Both the position numbers and the translations under genes were made by a program. From the NCBI GenBank assembly GCA_045159875.1, contig CP067995.1, positions 2,176,001 to 2,240,000 on the forward strand: 64,000 nucleotides of DNA. Reading direction: 5' to 3'. Numbering within the stretch: the stretch's first letter is position 1; every line of letters starts with the position of its first letter. Below the pieces are notes generated by a model, which made no database searches, was not told the origin of the DNA, and worked only from the letters and a program-made list of their open reading frames with translations. The DNA comes from a cyanobacterium endosymbiont of Rhopalodia gibba (GTDB taxonomy: Bacteria; Cyanobacteriota; Cyanobacteriia; Cyanobacteriales; Microcystaceae). Below are positions 34,170-45,517 of this stretch, piece by piece.

Positions 34170-34589
34170 ATGCTTAGTCCTAGAAGAACTAAATTTCGGA
34201 AACAACAGCGAGGGCGAATGAGGGGGATGGCCTATCGAGGTAATACCCTTAATTTTGGTGAATATGCATTACAAGCCACCGAGCCCTGTTGGATTACTTC
34301 TCGTCAAATTGAAGCTGCTCGACGCGCCATGACCCGTTATATCAAAAGGGGTGGAAAAATATGGATTAGAGTTTTTCCTGATAAACCTGTGACTATGCGT
34401 CCCGCAGAGACTCGAATGGGGTCGGGTAAAGGTAATCCAGAATACTGGGTTGCAGTGGTTAAGCCTGGTCGCATTATGTTCGAATTATCGGGAGTAACTG
34501 AATCAATTGCGCGGGAAGCCATGCGATTAGCGGACCAAAAATTGCCAATTAAAACGAAGTTTATAACTAAAGAGGAGGAATACACTTAA
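34170..34589 (+). CDS. rplP: 50S ribosomal protein L16
   Basis: [24 protein letters not shown]. Confidence 0.99.
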   Translation: MLSPRRTKFRKQQRGRMRGMAYRGNTLNFGEYALQATEPCWITSRQIEAARRAMTRYIKRGGKIWIRVFPDKPVTMRPAETRMGSGKGNPEYWVAVVKPGRIMFELSGVTESIAREAMRLADQKLPIKTKFITKEEEYT

Positions 34590-34593
34590 GGTT

Positions 34594-34848
34594 ATGTCCC
34601 TACCTAAGATAGAAAATGTGAGAAAGCTCAACGATGAAGAACTGGTTGATGAAATTTTAGCTGCCAAGCGTCAGTTATTTAACCTAAGATTTCAGCAAGC
34701 CACCCGCCGCTTAGAAAAACCTCATGAATTTAAGCATGTACGCCATCGTTTAGCGCAACTTCTCACCGTGGAGCGGGAACGTCAAATTCGGGTAGGTAAT
34801 TCGAATATACTACCAAACTTAGAGTCCACGGCAACTAAAACCCCATAA
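34594..34848 (+). CDS. rpmC: 50S ribosomal protein L29
   Basis: LFNLRFQQAT..PHEFKHVRHRLAQLLT. Confidence 0.96.
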   Translation: MSLPKIENVRKLNDEELVDEILAAKRQLFNLRFQQATRRLEKPHEFKHVRHRLAQLLTVERERQIRVGNSNILPNLESTATKTP

Positions 34849-34878
34849 CCAACCTCAAAGGAAAAATCAGAGTCAATT

Positions 34879-35121
34879 ATGGCAGTAAAAGAAAGAGTAG
34901 GAGTTGTCGTCAGTGACAAAATGGATAAAACCGTTGTTGTTGCCATTGAGAACCGTTCTCCTCACCCCAAATATCGAAAAATTATCGTAAAAACGAAAAA
35001 ATTCAAAGCTCACGACCAAGAAAATCAATGTCAAGAAGGCGATCGAGTTCGCATTCGAGAAACAAGACCTCTCAGCAAAACCAAACGCTGGGTAGTTGCA
35101 GAAATTTTAACGTCCCATTAG
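34879..35121 (+). CDS. rpsQ: 30S ribosomal protein S17
   Basis: [25 protein letters not shown]. Confidence 0.98.
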   Translation: MAVKERVGVVVSDKMDKTVVVAIENRSPHPKYRKIIVKTKKFKAHDQENQCQEGDRVRIRETRPLSKTKRWVVAEILTSH

Positions 35122-35137
35122 TTCTTTTGTTAGCCCT

Positions 35138-35506
35138 ATGATTCAACAGCAAACCTATCTAAATGTCGCTGATAATAGTGGCGCTCGCAAGTTAATGTGT
35201 TTGCGAGTCTTAGGAACCGGAAACAGCACCTATGGCGGGATTGGCGATGTTATTATTGCTGTCGTCAAAGACGCCATCCCTAACATGCCGATCAAACGCT
35301 CTGATATTGTCAGAGCCGTTATTGTGCGGACTCGCCAAACACAGAAACGAGTAAGCGGTATGAGTATTCGATTTGACGACAATGCCGCTGTTATCATCAA
35401 TGACGACGGTAATCCGAAGGGAACCCGTGTTTTTGGACCAGTTGCGCGGGAACTGCGCGATAAAAACTTTACCAAAATTGTTTCTCTGGCTCCGGAGGTA
35501 CTCTAA
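35138..35506 (+). CDS. rplN: 50S ribosomal protein L14
   Basis: [27 protein letters not shown]. Confidence 0.99.
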   Translation: MIQQQTYLNVADNSGARKLMCLRVLGTGNSTYGGIGDVIIAVVKDAIPNMPIKRSDIVRAVIVRTRQTQKRVSGMSIRFDDNAAVIINDDGNPKGTRVFGPVARELRDKNFTKIVSLAPEVL

Positions 35507-35857
35507 ATGAGTAATAAGAAAAACCAAAAGCCCCAAAGGCTTAGAATGCACGTCAGAACAGGCGACACCGTTCAGGTAATTTCTGGTCGAGATAAAGGAA
35601 AGGTTGGGCAAATTATTAAAACCAATCCCAAGACCAGTAAAGTCGTTATTCAAGGAGTTAATGTGAAAACAAAGCACATTAAACCTCAGCAAGAAGGAGA
35701 ATCTGGGCAAATTACTACTTTTGAAGCCCCGATTCACAGTTCTAACGTCATGTTGTATTCCACCAAAGAAAAAGTAGCCAGCCGAATTTGTTACACCTTC
35801 ACCGAAGAGGGTCGTAAAGTACGGATGCTGAAGAAAACTGGGGAAATTATTGACTAG
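35507..35857 (+). CDS. rplX: 50S ribosomal protein L24
   Basis: [25 protein letters not shown]. Confidence 0.98.
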   Translation: MSNKKNQKPQRLRMHVRTGDTVQVISGRDKGKVGQIIKTNPKTSKVVIQGVNVKTKHIKPQQEGESGQITTFEAPIHSSNVMLYSTKEKVASRICYTFTEEGRKVRMLKKTGEIID

Positions 35858-35960
35858 TATGAGGAAAAATTGATTATTATCCCTGGATAGTTAACTCGTT
35901 CCTTAATCAATGATCAACTCCTTCTCTGACCAAGCCCAGGGAAATCAAGGATAAAATGCC

Positions 35961-36503
35961 ATGACTCAACGCCTGAAAATTTTTTATCAAGACACCATTG
36001 TCCCAAAACTCAAAGAACAGTTTGGGTACAAAAATCTTCATCAAGTTCCTAAAGTGGTTAAAATCACTGTCAATCGAGGATTAGGAGAAGCATCTCAAAA
36101 TGCCAAAGCTCTAGAATCTTCCATTAATGAACTGTCCACTATCACCGGACAAAAACCCGTTGTTACCCGAGCAAAAAAAGCAATCGCTGGCTTTAAAATC
36201 CGTGAAGGAATGCCTGTCGGGGTCATGGTTACCCTGCGGTCAGCTCGAATGTATGCCTTCTTGGATCGTCTGATTAACCTAGCTTTGCCTCGGATTCGAG
36301 ACTTTCGTGGTATCAGTGATAAAAGCTTCGACGGGCGAGGTAACTATAGTTTAGGAATCCGCGAACAACTTATCTTTCCTGAGATTGACTATGACGCCAT
36401 CGACCAAATTCGGGGGATGGATGTCTCAATTATTACTACGGCAAAGACTGATGAAGAAGGACGTACTTTACTCAAAGAAATGGGAATGCCCTTCTGCAAG
36501 TAG
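35961..36503 (+). CDS. rplE: 50S ribosomal protein L5
   Basis: [30 protein letters not shown]. Confidence 0.99.
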   Translation: MTQRLKIFYQDTIVPKLKEQFGYKNLHQVPKVVKITVNRGLGEASQNAKALESSINELSTITGQKPVVTRAKKAIAGFKIREGMPVGVMVTLRSARMYAFLDRLINLALPRIRDFRGISDKSFDGRGNYSLGIREQLIFPEIDYDAIDQIRGMDVSIITTAKTDEEGRTLLKEMGMPFCK

Positions 36504-36594
36504 TCACCATATTACTCCGCTTTATACGGAGTCTGCCTGCTAGCAACCGTTGGTTAATCAACGACTTTATAGGAGAAATTCACCTTAAGCAATA

Positions 36595-36996
36595 ATGGCA
36601 CCTAACGATACTATCTCAGATATGCTAACTCGCATCCGCAATGCTTGTGCCGTCCGGCATTCCACCACCCAAGTGCCGACAACAAAAATGACCCGTAGCA
36701 TTGCTCAAGTTCTCAAAGAAGAGGGCTTTATTGAAGACTTCGAAGAAACGGGAGAAGGAGTTAAACAATTCCTTCTTCTGACTCTCAAGTACAAAGATAA
36801 AAGCCGTCAACCCATTATTAATATGCTTAAGCGGGCAAGCAAACCAGGGCTACGAGTCTACTCTAAGCGAAAAGACTTGCCTCGAGTACTTGGCGGTATT
36901 GGTATTGCAATCATTTCTACCTCCAAAGGAGTGATGACTGACCGAGAAGCAAGACGTCAAAACGTGGGTGGCGAAATTTTATGCTACATCTGGTAG
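36595..36996 (+). CDS. rpsH: 30S ribosomal protein S8
   Basis: [30 protein letters not shown]. Confidence 0.99.
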   Translation: MAPNDTISDMLTRIRNACAVRHSTTQVPTTKMTRSIAQVLKEEGFIEDFEETGEGVKQFLLLTLKYKDKSRQPIINMLKRASKPGLRVYSKRKDLPRVLGGIGIAIISTSKGVMTDREARRQNVGGEILCYIW

Positions 36997-37052
36997 CGTT
37001 TTCAGTAAATAAGAACTGATAACTGAATAACTGATAACTGGTAATTAAACCT

Positions 37053-37592
37053 ATGTCTCGTATTGGTAAACGCCCCATTCTCATTCCTAATAAAGTCACT
37101 ATCGAGATCAACGGGCAATATGTGGCGGCTAAAGGACCTAAAGGATCGTTGGAGCTCACCCTTTCCGGAAAAGTCAAGGTAGTTCAAGAGTCGGACATCC
37201 TGGTTATAGAACGAGCTGATAATTCTCGGACGGCTAAAGAGCGTCACGGACTCAGCCGCACCCTTATTGCCAATATGGTTGAGGGAGTATCTAAAGGCTT
37301 TGAAAAACGTCTCAGTATCCAAGGGGTCGGCTATCGAGCTCAAACCCAAGGAAGCAAACTTATTTTGAATGTGGGCTACAGCAAACCCGTTGAAATGATT
37401 ATGCCCCAAGGCATTCAAGTCGTAGTTGAAAACAACACCCAAGTGGTGGTTAGTGGCATCGATAAAGAAATTGTGGGCAACGTTGCAGCCCAGATTCGTG
37501 CTGTCCGTCCCCCAGAGGTTTATAAAGGCAAAGGCATTCGCTATCTGGGCGAGTTCGTCAGACGTAAGGTAGGTAAGGCAGGTAAAAAATAA
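37053..37592 (+). CDS. rplF: 50S ribosomal protein L6
   Basis: MSRIGKRPI; RPPEVYKGKGIRY. Confidence 0.99.
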   Translation: MSRIGKRPILIPNKVTIEINGQYVAAKGPKGSLELTLSGKVKVVQESDILVIERADNSRTAKERHGLSRTLIANMVEGVSKGFEKRLSIQGVGYRAQTQGSKLILNVGYSKPVEMIMPQGIQVVVENNTQVVVSGIDKEIVGNVAAQIRAVRPPEVYKGKGIRYLGEFVRRKVGKAGKK

Positions 37593-37595
37593 ATT

Positions 37596-37958
37596 ATGAA
37601 ACTCACGCGTAGACAATCAGTTCAACGTCGCCATCGGCGGATTCGTAAAACAGTCAGCGGCACGACTGAGTGCCCCCGTTTGGCAATTTTCCGTTCCAAT
37701 CAGCATATTTATGCTCAAGTTATTGATGATATAGCTCAGCAAACTTTAGCCGCCGCCTCGACCTTAGAACCAGATTTAAAACAGTCTTTGTCTTCAGGGT
37801 CTACTTGTGAAGCATCAGCCGCAGTAGGCAAATTGATTGCCCAACGGACTATCAATAAGGGAATTGAACAAGTCGTCTTTGATCGAGGGGGGAATCTTTA
37901 CCATGGACGAGTTAAAGCATTGGCAGATGCAGCCCGTGAAGCTGGATTGCAGTTTTAA
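37596..37958 (+). CDS. rplR: 50S ribosomal protein L18
   Basis: [26 protein letters not shown]. Confidence 0.98.
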   Translation: MKLTRRQSVQRRHRRIRKTVSGTTECPRLAIFRSNQHIYAQVIDDIAQQTLAAASTLEPDLKQSLSSGSTCEASAAVGKLIAQRTINKGIEQVVFDRGGNLYHGRVKALADAAREAGLQF

Positions 37959-37996
37959 ACACAACAAACCAATATCTCAATGTAAGGGTAGAAATT

Positions 37997-38518
37997 ATGG
38001 CAAAACGTCGTAAAGGCAGCCGAACAAAAGCGAAAGAGACCAACTGGCAAGAACGGGTAATTCAAATTCGTCGGGTCAGTAAAGTTGTTAAAGGCGGTAA
38101 AAAACTGAGTTTTCGTGCTATCGTCGTCGTTGGCAATGAAAACGGGCAAGTCGGCGTCGGCGTCGGCAAAGCCGGGGATGTCATTGGGGCAGTTCGTAAA
38201 GGAGTCGCTGATGGCAAAAAACAACTAATAGACGTCTCTTTGAACAAAGCCAACTCAATTACCCATCTTGCTAAAGGTATTTCCGGAGGAGCTAAAGTTG
38301 TTGTTAGACCTGCTGCCCCAGGTACAGGGGTAATCGCCGGAGGAGCTGTACGTACCGTTTTGGAATTGGCAGGGGTAAAAAATATTCTTGCTAAACAACT
38401 TGGCTCAAGTAATCCTCTCAACAATGCTAGGGCCGTGATTAACGCTCTCGAGGGTATCCGTACTTTCTCTGCTGTCGCCCAGGAGCGGGGGGTTTCCCTA
38501 GAATATCTTTACACCTAA
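37997..38518 (+). CDS. rpsE: 30S ribosomal protein S5
   Basis: [23 protein letters not shown]. Confidence 0.99.
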   Translation: MAKRRKGSRTKAKETNWQERVIQIRRVSKVVKGGKKLSFRAIVVVGNENGQVGVGVGKAGDVIGAVRKGVADGKKQLIDVSLNKANSITHLAKGISGGAKVVVRPAAPGTGVIAGGAVRTVLELAGVKNILAKQLGSSNPLNNARAVINALEGIRTFSAVAQERGVSLEYLYT

Positions 38519-38596
38519 TCCCTAGACTCCAATGGATTATCAAGGTGTGAGAAAGAATCACTGCCTAAATATTAAATGTCCAAAACAAAGAAAATT

Positions 38597-39043
38597 ATGA
38601 GAATTCATGAAATAACCCCGAAAGAAGGCTCCAAAAGACGCCGGCGTCGTGTTGGACGTGGAATTGCTGCAGGACAAGGAGCAAGTTGTGGATTTGGAAT
38701 GCGGGGGCAAAAATCACGCTCAGGAACAGGGACAAAACCCGGATTTGAAGGGGGACAAATGCCTCTGTATCGCCGTGTTCCCAAATTAAAACACTTTTCG
38801 ATAGTTAATCCCCATAACTACACCGTTATTAACGTGGGTAAATTAAATTCTCTGTCCCCTCAGACTGAGGTTACCCTGGAGAGTTTGATTGAACAAGGCG
38901 TTATTACGAGTAATGATGGTCCATTAAAGGTGTTGGGAGATGGAAATCTAGAGAAACCTTTAACAATCCAAGCAGCAGCTTTCACTAAAAGTGCTAAGGA
39001 AAAAATAGAAGCAGCTGGAGGAAGTTGGAAAGAGTTATCCTGA
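38597..39043 (+). CDS. rplO: 50S ribosomal protein L15
   Basis: [26 protein letters not shown]; alternative start at 38576. Confidence 0.97.
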   Translation: MRIHEITPKEGSKRRRRRVGRGIAAGQGASCGFGMRGQKSRSGTGTKPGFEGGQMPLYRRVPKLKHFSIVNPHNYTVINVGKLNSLSPQTEVTLESLIEQGVITSNDGPLKVLGDGNLEKPLTIQAAAFTKSAKEKIEAAGGSWKELS

Positions 39044-39121
39044 AATAATAACCAAAAAACACCGAAAACGATTAACAATTGATAAATAATAATTGACCAT
39101 TGATAACTGAGGTAGCCATTA

Positions 39122-40438
39122 ATGGTTGTCAGTCGAGATAAAACGCCTACAGCACAAGAGACATTTTTACAAATGGCTCAAGCAGCCGGTCTTCGAGGTC
39201 GGCTCTTGATCACCATTGGATTATTGATTTTAATTCGTTTTGGCATTTTTATTCCCATTCCAGGAATTGATCGTGAAGCCTTTGCCGCCGCTATTAGTAA
39301 TAGTCCTATTTTAGGTTTTTTGGATATTTTTACAGGAGGAGGGATTGCCGCTCTAGGAATCTTTGCCTTAGGAATTCTCCCGTTTATTAATGCTTCCATT
39401 ATTATGCAGCTATTAACGGCTGCTATCCCTGCTTTGGAAGATTTACAAAAAAATGAAGGCGAAGCAGGAAGGCGTAAAATTTCCCAAATGACTCGGTATG
39501 TTGCCCTAGGTTGGTGTATTGTCCAGAGTTCTGGCATTACTATTGGTTTATTGAGACAGTATGCTCTCAATGACCAGTTTTGGTTTGTCCCTGAAACAGT
39601 TTTGGCTCTAACGGCTGGTTCGATGTTCGTCATGTGGGTGTCAGAAATTATCACAGAACGAGGTATTGGCAATGGAGCATCTTTATTAATTTTTGTCAAT
39701 ATTGTCGCAAGTTTACCAAGAACTTTAGGAAATACTATAGATTATGCCCAAACAGGCGGTCAGCAAGCTGTAGCCCAAGTCGTAATTCTTTTGTTAGTAT
39801 TCTTGATTATGATTGTAGGAATTGTGTTTGTTCAAGAAGGAACCAGACGAATTCCCATTATTTCAGCCCGTCGTCAAGTAGGACGAAGATTATACCGAGA
39901 AAGAACTAGTTACTTACCTCTAAGGTTAAATCAAGGTGGAGTAATGCCGATTATTTTTGCTTCTGCAGTTTTGATTTTACCCCAGTCATTAGCCGGCTTT
40001 TTTGGTAACCAAGGACCAGTTAGTCAGGTGTTGGTACAAATTGCTAATACTTTACGTCCTGGAACCTGGACTTATATTGGAGTCTACTCATTGTTGATTC
40101 TGTTTTTTAGTTACTTCTATGCTTCCCTAATCATGAACCCTGAAGATGTCTCCAAAAATCTTAAGAAAATGGGGGCAAGTATTCCAGGAATTCGCCCAGG
40201 AGATAAAACTAAACAGTATTTAGAAGGAGTTCTTAACCGTCTGACTTTCCTAGGGGCAATCTTTTTGAGTATTGTCGCAACTGTTCCTACTTTAGTTGAA
40301 GGAGCAACTGGAGTTACAACCTTCCGGGGACTAGGAGCAACTTCTCTCTTAATTCTAGTAGGGGTCGCCATTGATACCGCTAAACAAATCCAAACTTATG
40401 TCATCTCCCAAAGATATGAGGGAATGATTAAACAATAG
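39122..40438 (+). CDS. secY: preprotein translocase subunit SecY
   Basis: FALGILPFINASII, GIGNGASLLIF, GVMPIIFAS and IPGIRPG motifs. Confidence 0.99.
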   Translation: MVVSRDKTPTAQETFLQMAQAAGLRGRLLITIGLLILIRFGIFIPIPGIDREAFAAAISNSPILGFLDIFTGGGIAALGIFALGILPFINASIIMQLLTAAIPALEDLQKNEGEAGRRKISQMTRYVALGWCIVQSSGITIGLLRQYALNDQFWFVPETVLALTAGSMFVMWVSEIITERGIGNGASLLIFVNIVASLPRTLGNTIDYAQTGGQQAVAQVVILLLVFLIMIVGIVFVQEGTRRIPIISARRQVGRRLYRERTSYLPLRLNQGGVMPIIFASAVLILPQSLAGFFGNQGPVSQVLVQIANTLRPGTWTYIGVYSLLILFFSYFYASLIMNPEDVSKNLKKMGASIPGIRPGDKTKQYLEGVLNRLTFLGAIFLSIVATVPTLVEGATGVTTFRGLGATSLLILVGVAIDTAKQIQTYVISQRYEGMIKQ

Positions 40439-40443
40439 GTAAT

Positions 40444-40487
40444 ATAGGGAACAGGGAAGTTTAATTACTCCCAGTCCCTATTTTTTA
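40444..40487 (+). terminator. imperfect hairpin plus T tract after secY
   Basis: TAGGGAACAGGGAAG..CTCCCAGTCCCTA followed by a T run. Confidence 0.5.
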
Positions 40488-40521
40488 TGAAGTCTAACTA
40501 ACCTCAAGACAAACAATAGCT

Positions 40522-41085
40522 ATGAGTCATGCAAAGGGATTAATTTTTTTAGGACCACCAGGTTCAGGAAAAGGAACCCAAGCCCAACTTTTATCAGAAA
40601 AATTAACAATTCCTCATATCTCAACCGGAGAAATGTTAAGAGAAGCGATCACTAAAAAGACAGAATTAGGGAAAAAAGCTCAATATTACGTTAATAAAGG
40701 GGAGCTAGTGCCTGATGAGTTACTGTTAAACTTGATTAGAGAACGACTTAACCAGGACGATGTCCAAAGTGGATGGATTTTAGATGGGTTTCCCCGAAAC
40801 GTTTCTCAGGCAACTTTTTTGGATAAACTCTTGTTAGGGTTGGGAAAGTTTTCGGAACAAGCTATCAATTTAGAAGTGTCCGATAACCAACTTGTTGAAC
40901 GGCTTCTGTTAAGAGGTCGTAAAGACGATAATGAAGAAACTATTCGTCGTCGATTAGAAGTTTACCGAGAGAAAACAAGGCCAGTCATTGATTACTATCG
41001 ACAACATTGTCGACTAACTTCCGTGGATGGCAATCCCCCACTAGAACGGGTAACCGCTTCTTTAAAAAAAGTTATTACTACTTAA
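40522..41085 (+). CDS. adk: adenylate kinase
   Basis: GPPGSGKGTQA P-loop; HISTG; LDGFPR. Confidence 0.98.
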   Translation: MSHAKGLIFLGPPGSGKGTQAQLLSEKLTIPHISTGEMLREAITKKTELGKKAQYYVNKGELVPDELLLNLIRERLNQDDVQSGWILDGFPRNVSQATFLDKLLLGLGKFSEQAINLEVSDNQLVERLLLRGRKDDNEETIRRRLEVYREKTRPVIDYYRQHCRLTSVDGNPPLERVTASLKKVITT

Positions 41086-41257
41086 TTAAGTGATGGAGTT
41101 GACCCTAAACTGACGAATTACTCGACCTCAAAATTTCTGATAAAATAGGCGGAGAGCGGTCTATAAGGCTTACACCTCGGACTGCTTAAATTTGCCTGTT
41201 TCTAGCCTAGACATCCACCTAATCCTTTTTCGAGTGTACCATTTGAGGCTTAATCTT

Positions 41258-41485
41258 TTGTCCAAACAAGATTTAATTGAAATGGAGGGAACAGTAACAG
41301 AATCCCTCCCTAATGCTATGTTTAGAGTTGATCTTGATAACGGGTTTAATGTATTAGCTCACATTTCAGGAAAAATTCGCCGTAACTATATTAAAATTCT
41401 GCCAGGTGATCGCGTGAAGGTTGAATTAACCCCTTACGACCTAACTAAAGGAAGAATTACTTATCGGCTAAAAACAAAGAAATAA
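41258..41485 (+). CDS. infA: translation initiation factor IF-1
   Basis: TTG start, [33 protein letters not shown]. Confidence 0.97.
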   Translation: MSKQDLIEMEGTVTESLPNAMFRVDLDNGFNVLAHISGKIRRNYIKILPGDRVKVELTPYDLTKGRITYRLKTKK

Positions 41486-41601
41486 GGGGTTAGTCAACTG
41501 AAGCTCGATAACAATTCCTTAAAAAATTTGTTAGACTGGCTAAATTTGGAGACAATTATTGCTACAATAGTAAGCTTGCAGTCAAAGCTTTAAAAACAAA
41601 A

Positions 41602-41715
41602 ATGAAAGTTAGAGCATCAGTGAAAAAAATGTGTGACAAATGTCGGGTTATCCGACGGCATGGGCGGGTGATGGTACTTTGTACCAACCCTAAACACAAG
41701 CAACGTCAAGGCTAG
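41602..41715 (+). CDS. rpmJ: 50S ribosomal protein L36 (not in ORF track)
   Basis: hand translation [37 protein letters not shown]. Confidence 0.98.
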   Translation: MKVRASVKKMCDKCRVIRRHGRVMVLCTNPKHKQRQG

Positions 41716-41786
41716 TCGTTGTCGTTACACAAGAGTGAAACAATTTCTAAAAACGCAAACAGCAATATTGTAGAGGGAGAAAAAAC

Positions 41787-42170
41787 GTGGCAAGGATAGC
41801 TGGTGTAGACCTGCCTCGGGATAAACGAGTGGAGATTGGACTAACTTATTTATTTGGCATTGGTCTATCGAGGTCTCAAGAGATTTTAGCAGAAACAGGG
41901 GTTAGTCCCAATACTCGAGTTAGAGATTTAAGCGACGAAGACGTTGCTACTTTACGTGCTTGCATCGAAGCCAACTATCAAATCGAAGGGGATTTGAGAC
42001 GTTGGGAGGCAATGAATATCAAGCGTTTAGCAGATATTGGGACCTATAGAGGCCGTCGTCATCGTCAAGGACTGCCAGTGCGGGGACAACGGACTAGGAC
42101 CAATGCCCGTACTCGTCGCGGTAGAAGACTTACCGTTGCTGGGAAGAAAAAAGCCCCCTCTAAAAAATAA
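41787..42170 (+). CDS. rpsM: 30S ribosomal protein S13
   Basis: [23 protein letters not shown]. Confidence 0.99.
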   Translation: MARIAGVDLPRDKRVEIGLTYLFGIGLSRSQEILAETGVSPNTRVRDLSDEDVATLRACIEANYQIEGDLRRWEAMNIKRLADIGTYRGRRHRQGLPVRGQRTRTNARTRRGRRLTVAGKKKAPSKK

Positions 42171-42218
42171 TGAGTTTCTATTGGTAATTGAGTTAGACAG
42201 AAAATTCAGTAAAGAACT

Positions 42219-42611
42219 ATGGCGCGACCAACAAAAAAAAGCGGTGCAAAGAAGCAGAAGAAAAATGTTCCTAACGGCACTGCTCACATCCAATCTACCT
42301 TCAATAATACTATCGTTACCATTGCTGATACAAAAGGTGACGTCGTTTCTTGGGCATCAGCTGGCTCAAGCGGTTTTAAGGGGGCGAAGAAAGGAACTCC
42401 CTTTGCAGCACAGACCGCAGCCGATTCGGCCGCTCGACGAGCAATTGATCATGGAATGCGGCAAATTGAGGTAATGGTCAGTGGACCAGGAGCAGGACGT
42501 GAAACAGCTATTCGTGCTCTTCAAGGCGCAGGGCTAGAAATTACTCTTATTCGGGATGTTACCCCTATACCTCACAACGGCTGTCGTTCACCAAAACGAC
42601 GCCGAGTTTAG
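42219..42611 (+). CDS. rpsK: 30S ribosomal protein S11
   Basis: [20 protein letters not shown]. Confidence 0.99.
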   Translation: MARPTKKSGAKKQKKNVPNGTAHIQSTFNNTIVTIADTKGDVVSWASAGSSGFKGAKKGTPFAAQTAADSAARRAIDHGMRQIEVMVSGPGAGRETAIRALQGAGLEITLIRDVTPIPHNGCRSPKRRRV

Positions 42612-42710
42612 CCAGCAGTTGTAAATCTTTCAAAAACGTAAAAAGTTGGCGTTGAACAAGGCGCGAATCCGCGTCGTAGGGGCATTTGACAATGAAGGGA
42701 GGTCATGGTC

Positions 42711-43655
42711 GTGGCGCAGTTTCAAATTGAGTGTGTTGAGTCTAAGACTCAGAAAAATCAAAGTCAATATAGTAAGTTTGTCCTGGAGCCTCTAGAACGA
42801 GGACAAGGGACGACAATGGGGAATGCTCTAAGACGAGTATTGCTAGCTAATTTAGAGGGAGCATCGGTCACGGCGATTCGCATTGCGGGGGTTAACCACG
42901 AGTTTGCTACCATCCCAGGGGTTAGAGAGGATGTATTAGAAATCATGTTAAACATGAAGGAAATTGTCCTTAAAAGTTATAGTGATCAGCCGCAAATTGG
43001 CCGCCTGGTAGCAATAGGAGCGGCTACGGTAACTGCGGCAAATTTTGAGTTACCCTCAGAAGTAGAAGCTGTTGATCCAACCCAATATGTTGCTACCCTG
43101 ACAGAAGGCTCGAAGTTGGAGATGGAGTTTCGAGTAGAAAAAGGAACCGGATATAAGGGAATTTACCGTCATAAAGATGAATCTTCTTCTCTGGATTTCT
43201 TACAGATCGATGCAGTTTTTATGCCGGTCACCAAAGTTAATTATAGTGTAGAAGATATCAGGGGAGATGGAGCTGAGCCTAAAGATCGATTGATTTTGGA
43301 GATCTGGACGAATGGTAGTTTTAATCCAAAAGATGCTCTTTCTGAAGCAGCAGAGATTGTAGTAGATTTATTTAATCCTCTTAAAGATCTTAATCAACTT
43401 GAAACTAGTCCTCCTGATTATCAAGATGACGATAATCCTCAAAGTCAGATTCCTATTGAAGAACTACAACTTTCGGTGCGAGCTTACAATTGTCTAAAAA
43501 GAGCACAGATAAATACAGTTGCAGATTTATTGGATTATAGTCAAGAGGACCTTCTCGAAATTAAGAATTTTGGGCAGAAGTCTGCTGAAGAAGTGATTGA
43601 AGCTTTACAAAAACGGTTGGGCATTACCTTGCCTCAGGAAAAAACTAAATCTTGA
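42711..43655 (+). CDS. rpoA: RNA polymerase alpha subunit
   Basis: EPLERGQGTT.GNALRRVLL; LSVRAYNCLKRA; GTG start after GGAGG. Confidence 0.99.
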   Translation: MAQFQIECVESKTQKNQSQYSKFVLEPLERGQGTTMGNALRRVLLANLEGASVTAIRIAGVNHEFATIPGVREDVLEIMLNMKEIVLKSYSDQPQIGRLVAIGAATVTAANFELPSEVEAVDPTQYVATLTEGSKLEMEFRVEKGTGYKGIYRHKDESSSLDFLQIDAVFMPVTKVNYSVEDIRGDGAEPKDRLILEIWTNGSFNPKDALSEAAEIVVDLFNPLKDLNQLETSPPDYQDDDNPQSQIPIEELQLSVRAYNCLKRAQINTVADLLDYSQEDLLEIKNFGQKSAEEVIEALQKRLGITLPQEKTKS

Positions 43656-43659
43656 TCTA

Positions 43660-43702
43660 AGTCCTCAAATTTTCAGTGTTGTACACTGAAAATTTGAGGA
43701 CT
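43660..43702. repeat. perfect inverted repeat, 20-bp arms, 3-nt loop, between rpoA and rplQ
   Basis: AGTCCTCAAATTTTCAGTGT-tgt-ACACTGAAAATTTGAGGACT. Confidence 0.93.
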
Positions 43703-43750
43703 GAAATTTGACTTGTTACATTACAATTTACTTTAGGAGGAGTAAAAATC

Positions 43751-44101
43751 ATGCGTCATCAATGTCGCGTTCCCCAACTAGGCAAGCCAGCAGACCAACG
43801 GAAAGCTTTGTTAAGGTCACTCACAACAGAGTTGATCCGTCACGGTCAAATCACAACTACTAAAACTCGAGCTAAAGCAGTGCGCTCTGAAGCAGACAAA
43901 ATGATTACCTTAGCAAAAGACGGCTCTTTAGCAGCTAGACGCAGAGCAATAGGCTATATATATGATAAACAGTTAGTCCATGCCCTATTTGCAGAGGCCA
44001 AAGACCGCTATGGTGCTCGCAATGGTGGTTACACTCGAGTTTCTCGAACTCTGCGCCGTCGTGGAGATAATGCAGAAATGGCTATTATTGAGCTCGTCTA
44101 A
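43751..44101 (+). CDS. rplQ: 50S ribosomal protein L17
   Basis: [27 protein letters not shown]. Confidence 0.98.
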   Translation: MRHQCRVPQLGKPADQRKALLRSLTTELIRHGQITTTKTRAKAVRSEADKMITLAKDGSLAARRRAIGYIYDKQLVHALFAEAKDRYGARNGGYTRVSRTLRRRGDNAEMAIIELV

Positions 44102-44128
44102 AGTGTTTTAAAATTTGTTATCGAGTTT

Positions 44129-45028
44129 ATGAACCGAGCCCAACCACTAGAAAAACAACGAGTCGCCCTGGTTATTCAATACCTGGGGAGTTGCTTTCAT
44201 GGTTGGCAATGGCAGCCTAACCAGCGGACAGTTCAAGCAGAGATCGAAACAGCGATTACCCAAGTCCTTGAAACAAAGGTTACCTTGCACGGTGCAGGAC
44301 GAACGGATGCAGGAGTTCACGCAGCCGCTCAGGTGGCTCACTTCGACTATTCTAGTCCCATTCCTGCCACTCGATGGGCAGAGATTCTCAATTCTCGTCT
44401 ACCAGAAGATATTCTCATCCGAGCCTCGGCCCTCGTTACTAAGAACTGGCACGCTCGTTTTTCGGCTCAATGGCGACGCTATCGCTATACTTTCTATACC
44501 GAAAAGCAGCCAAACCTATTTATAAAACCCTTTAGTTGGCACTATTATCATTCGCCCTTGAATGAATCTCTGATGAACACAGCTCTTAAACCCTTGATGG
44601 GAAAACATCATCTAGCGGCCTTTTGTCGTGCAGGGTCCCATCGTGATCATTGTTGGGTTGAGATTCAAGCCGCTCACTGTTACCGACAGGGGCCATTTAT
44701 TCATCTAGAAATTCAAGCCAATGGTTTTTTGTATGGAATGGTGCGCTTATTAGTAGGAATGTTAGTTGAAGTAGGAAGTGGTAAGCGTTCTGCTGATAAC
44801 TTTACCGATATTTGGATGAATCAACGAAGAGAAGAGGTTAAATATTCTGCTCCAGCTAAAGGACTATGCTTGCTAGGAGTAGGTTATCAAGATTTTCCTT
44901 TTCCTTGTAGTGTTTGGTTCGATAACCAACCATTTTTTGTATTTCATCAAAGTTTTGACCCACAGTTTTCTGTGGCTGAGCAACCTATAGACGTGTGCCA
45001 TCAGTTCCTAGAAAACTCAATAAAATAA
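44129..45028 (+). CDS. truA: tRNA pseudouridine(38-40) synthase
   Basis: GAGRTDAGVHA, HARFSA and FLYGMVR motifs. Confidence 0.97.
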   Translation: MNRAQPLEKQRVALVIQYLGSCFHGWQWQPNQRTVQAEIETAITQVLETKVTLHGAGRTDAGVHAAAQVAHFDYSSPIPATRWAEILNSRLPEDILIRASALVTKNWHARFSAQWRRYRYTFYTEKQPNLFIKPFSWHYYHSPLNESLMNTALKPLMGKHHLAAFCRAGSHRDHCWVEIQAAHCYRQGPFIHLEIQANGFLYGMVRLLVGMLVEVGSGKRSADNFTDIWMNQRREEVKYSAPAKGLCLLGVGYQDFPFPCSVWFDNQPFFVFHQSFDPQFSVAEQPIDVCHQFLENSIK

Positions 45029-45058
45029 ACTTTCTCTTAATTACTCACTGAGTTCTTC

Positions 45059-45517
45059 ATGAATAAAACCCTAACTTCAACCCTAGAAAATATTGAACAT
45101 AAATGGTATGTTGTCGATGCAACTAACCAACGTTTGGGACGTTTCGCTTGTGAGATTGCAAAAGTTTTACGGGGGAAAAATAAACCAACTTTTGCTCCCC
45201 ATATGGATACAGGAGATTTCATTATTGTAGTCAATGCAGAAAAAGTTATGGTAACGGGTAGAAAAAAGACCCAAAAACTCTACCGTCGTCATTCAGGTCG
45301 ACCAGGGGGAATGAAAATAGAGACCTTTGAAAAGCTTCAAGCTCGTATTCCTGAGAGAATAGTTGAAAAAGCTGTCAAGGGAATGCTACCAAAAAATACT
45401 TTAGGTCGTAAGTTATTTACAAAACTTAAAGTGTACACTGGAGCGACCCATCCACATCAAGCACAACATCCTGAACTACTTAATATTAATACTATTCCTA
45501 ATGGAGGAAAAAATTGA
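45059..45517 (+). CDS. rplM: 50S ribosomal protein L13
   Basis: [22 protein letters not shown]. Confidence 0.98.
   Translation: MNKTLTSTLENIEHKWYVVDATNQRLGRFACEIAKVLRGKNKPTFAPHMDTGDFIIVVNAEKVMVTGRKKTQKLYRRHSGRPGGMKIETFEKLQARIPERIVEKAVKGMLPKNTLGRKLFTKLKVYTGATHPHQAQHPELLNINTIPNGGKN

Noticed and set aside
30016..43655. Absence of rpsJ, rpsN, rpmD and rpsD from the cluster
   Set aside because: This is the normal cyanobacterial arrangement, not a sign of reduction.
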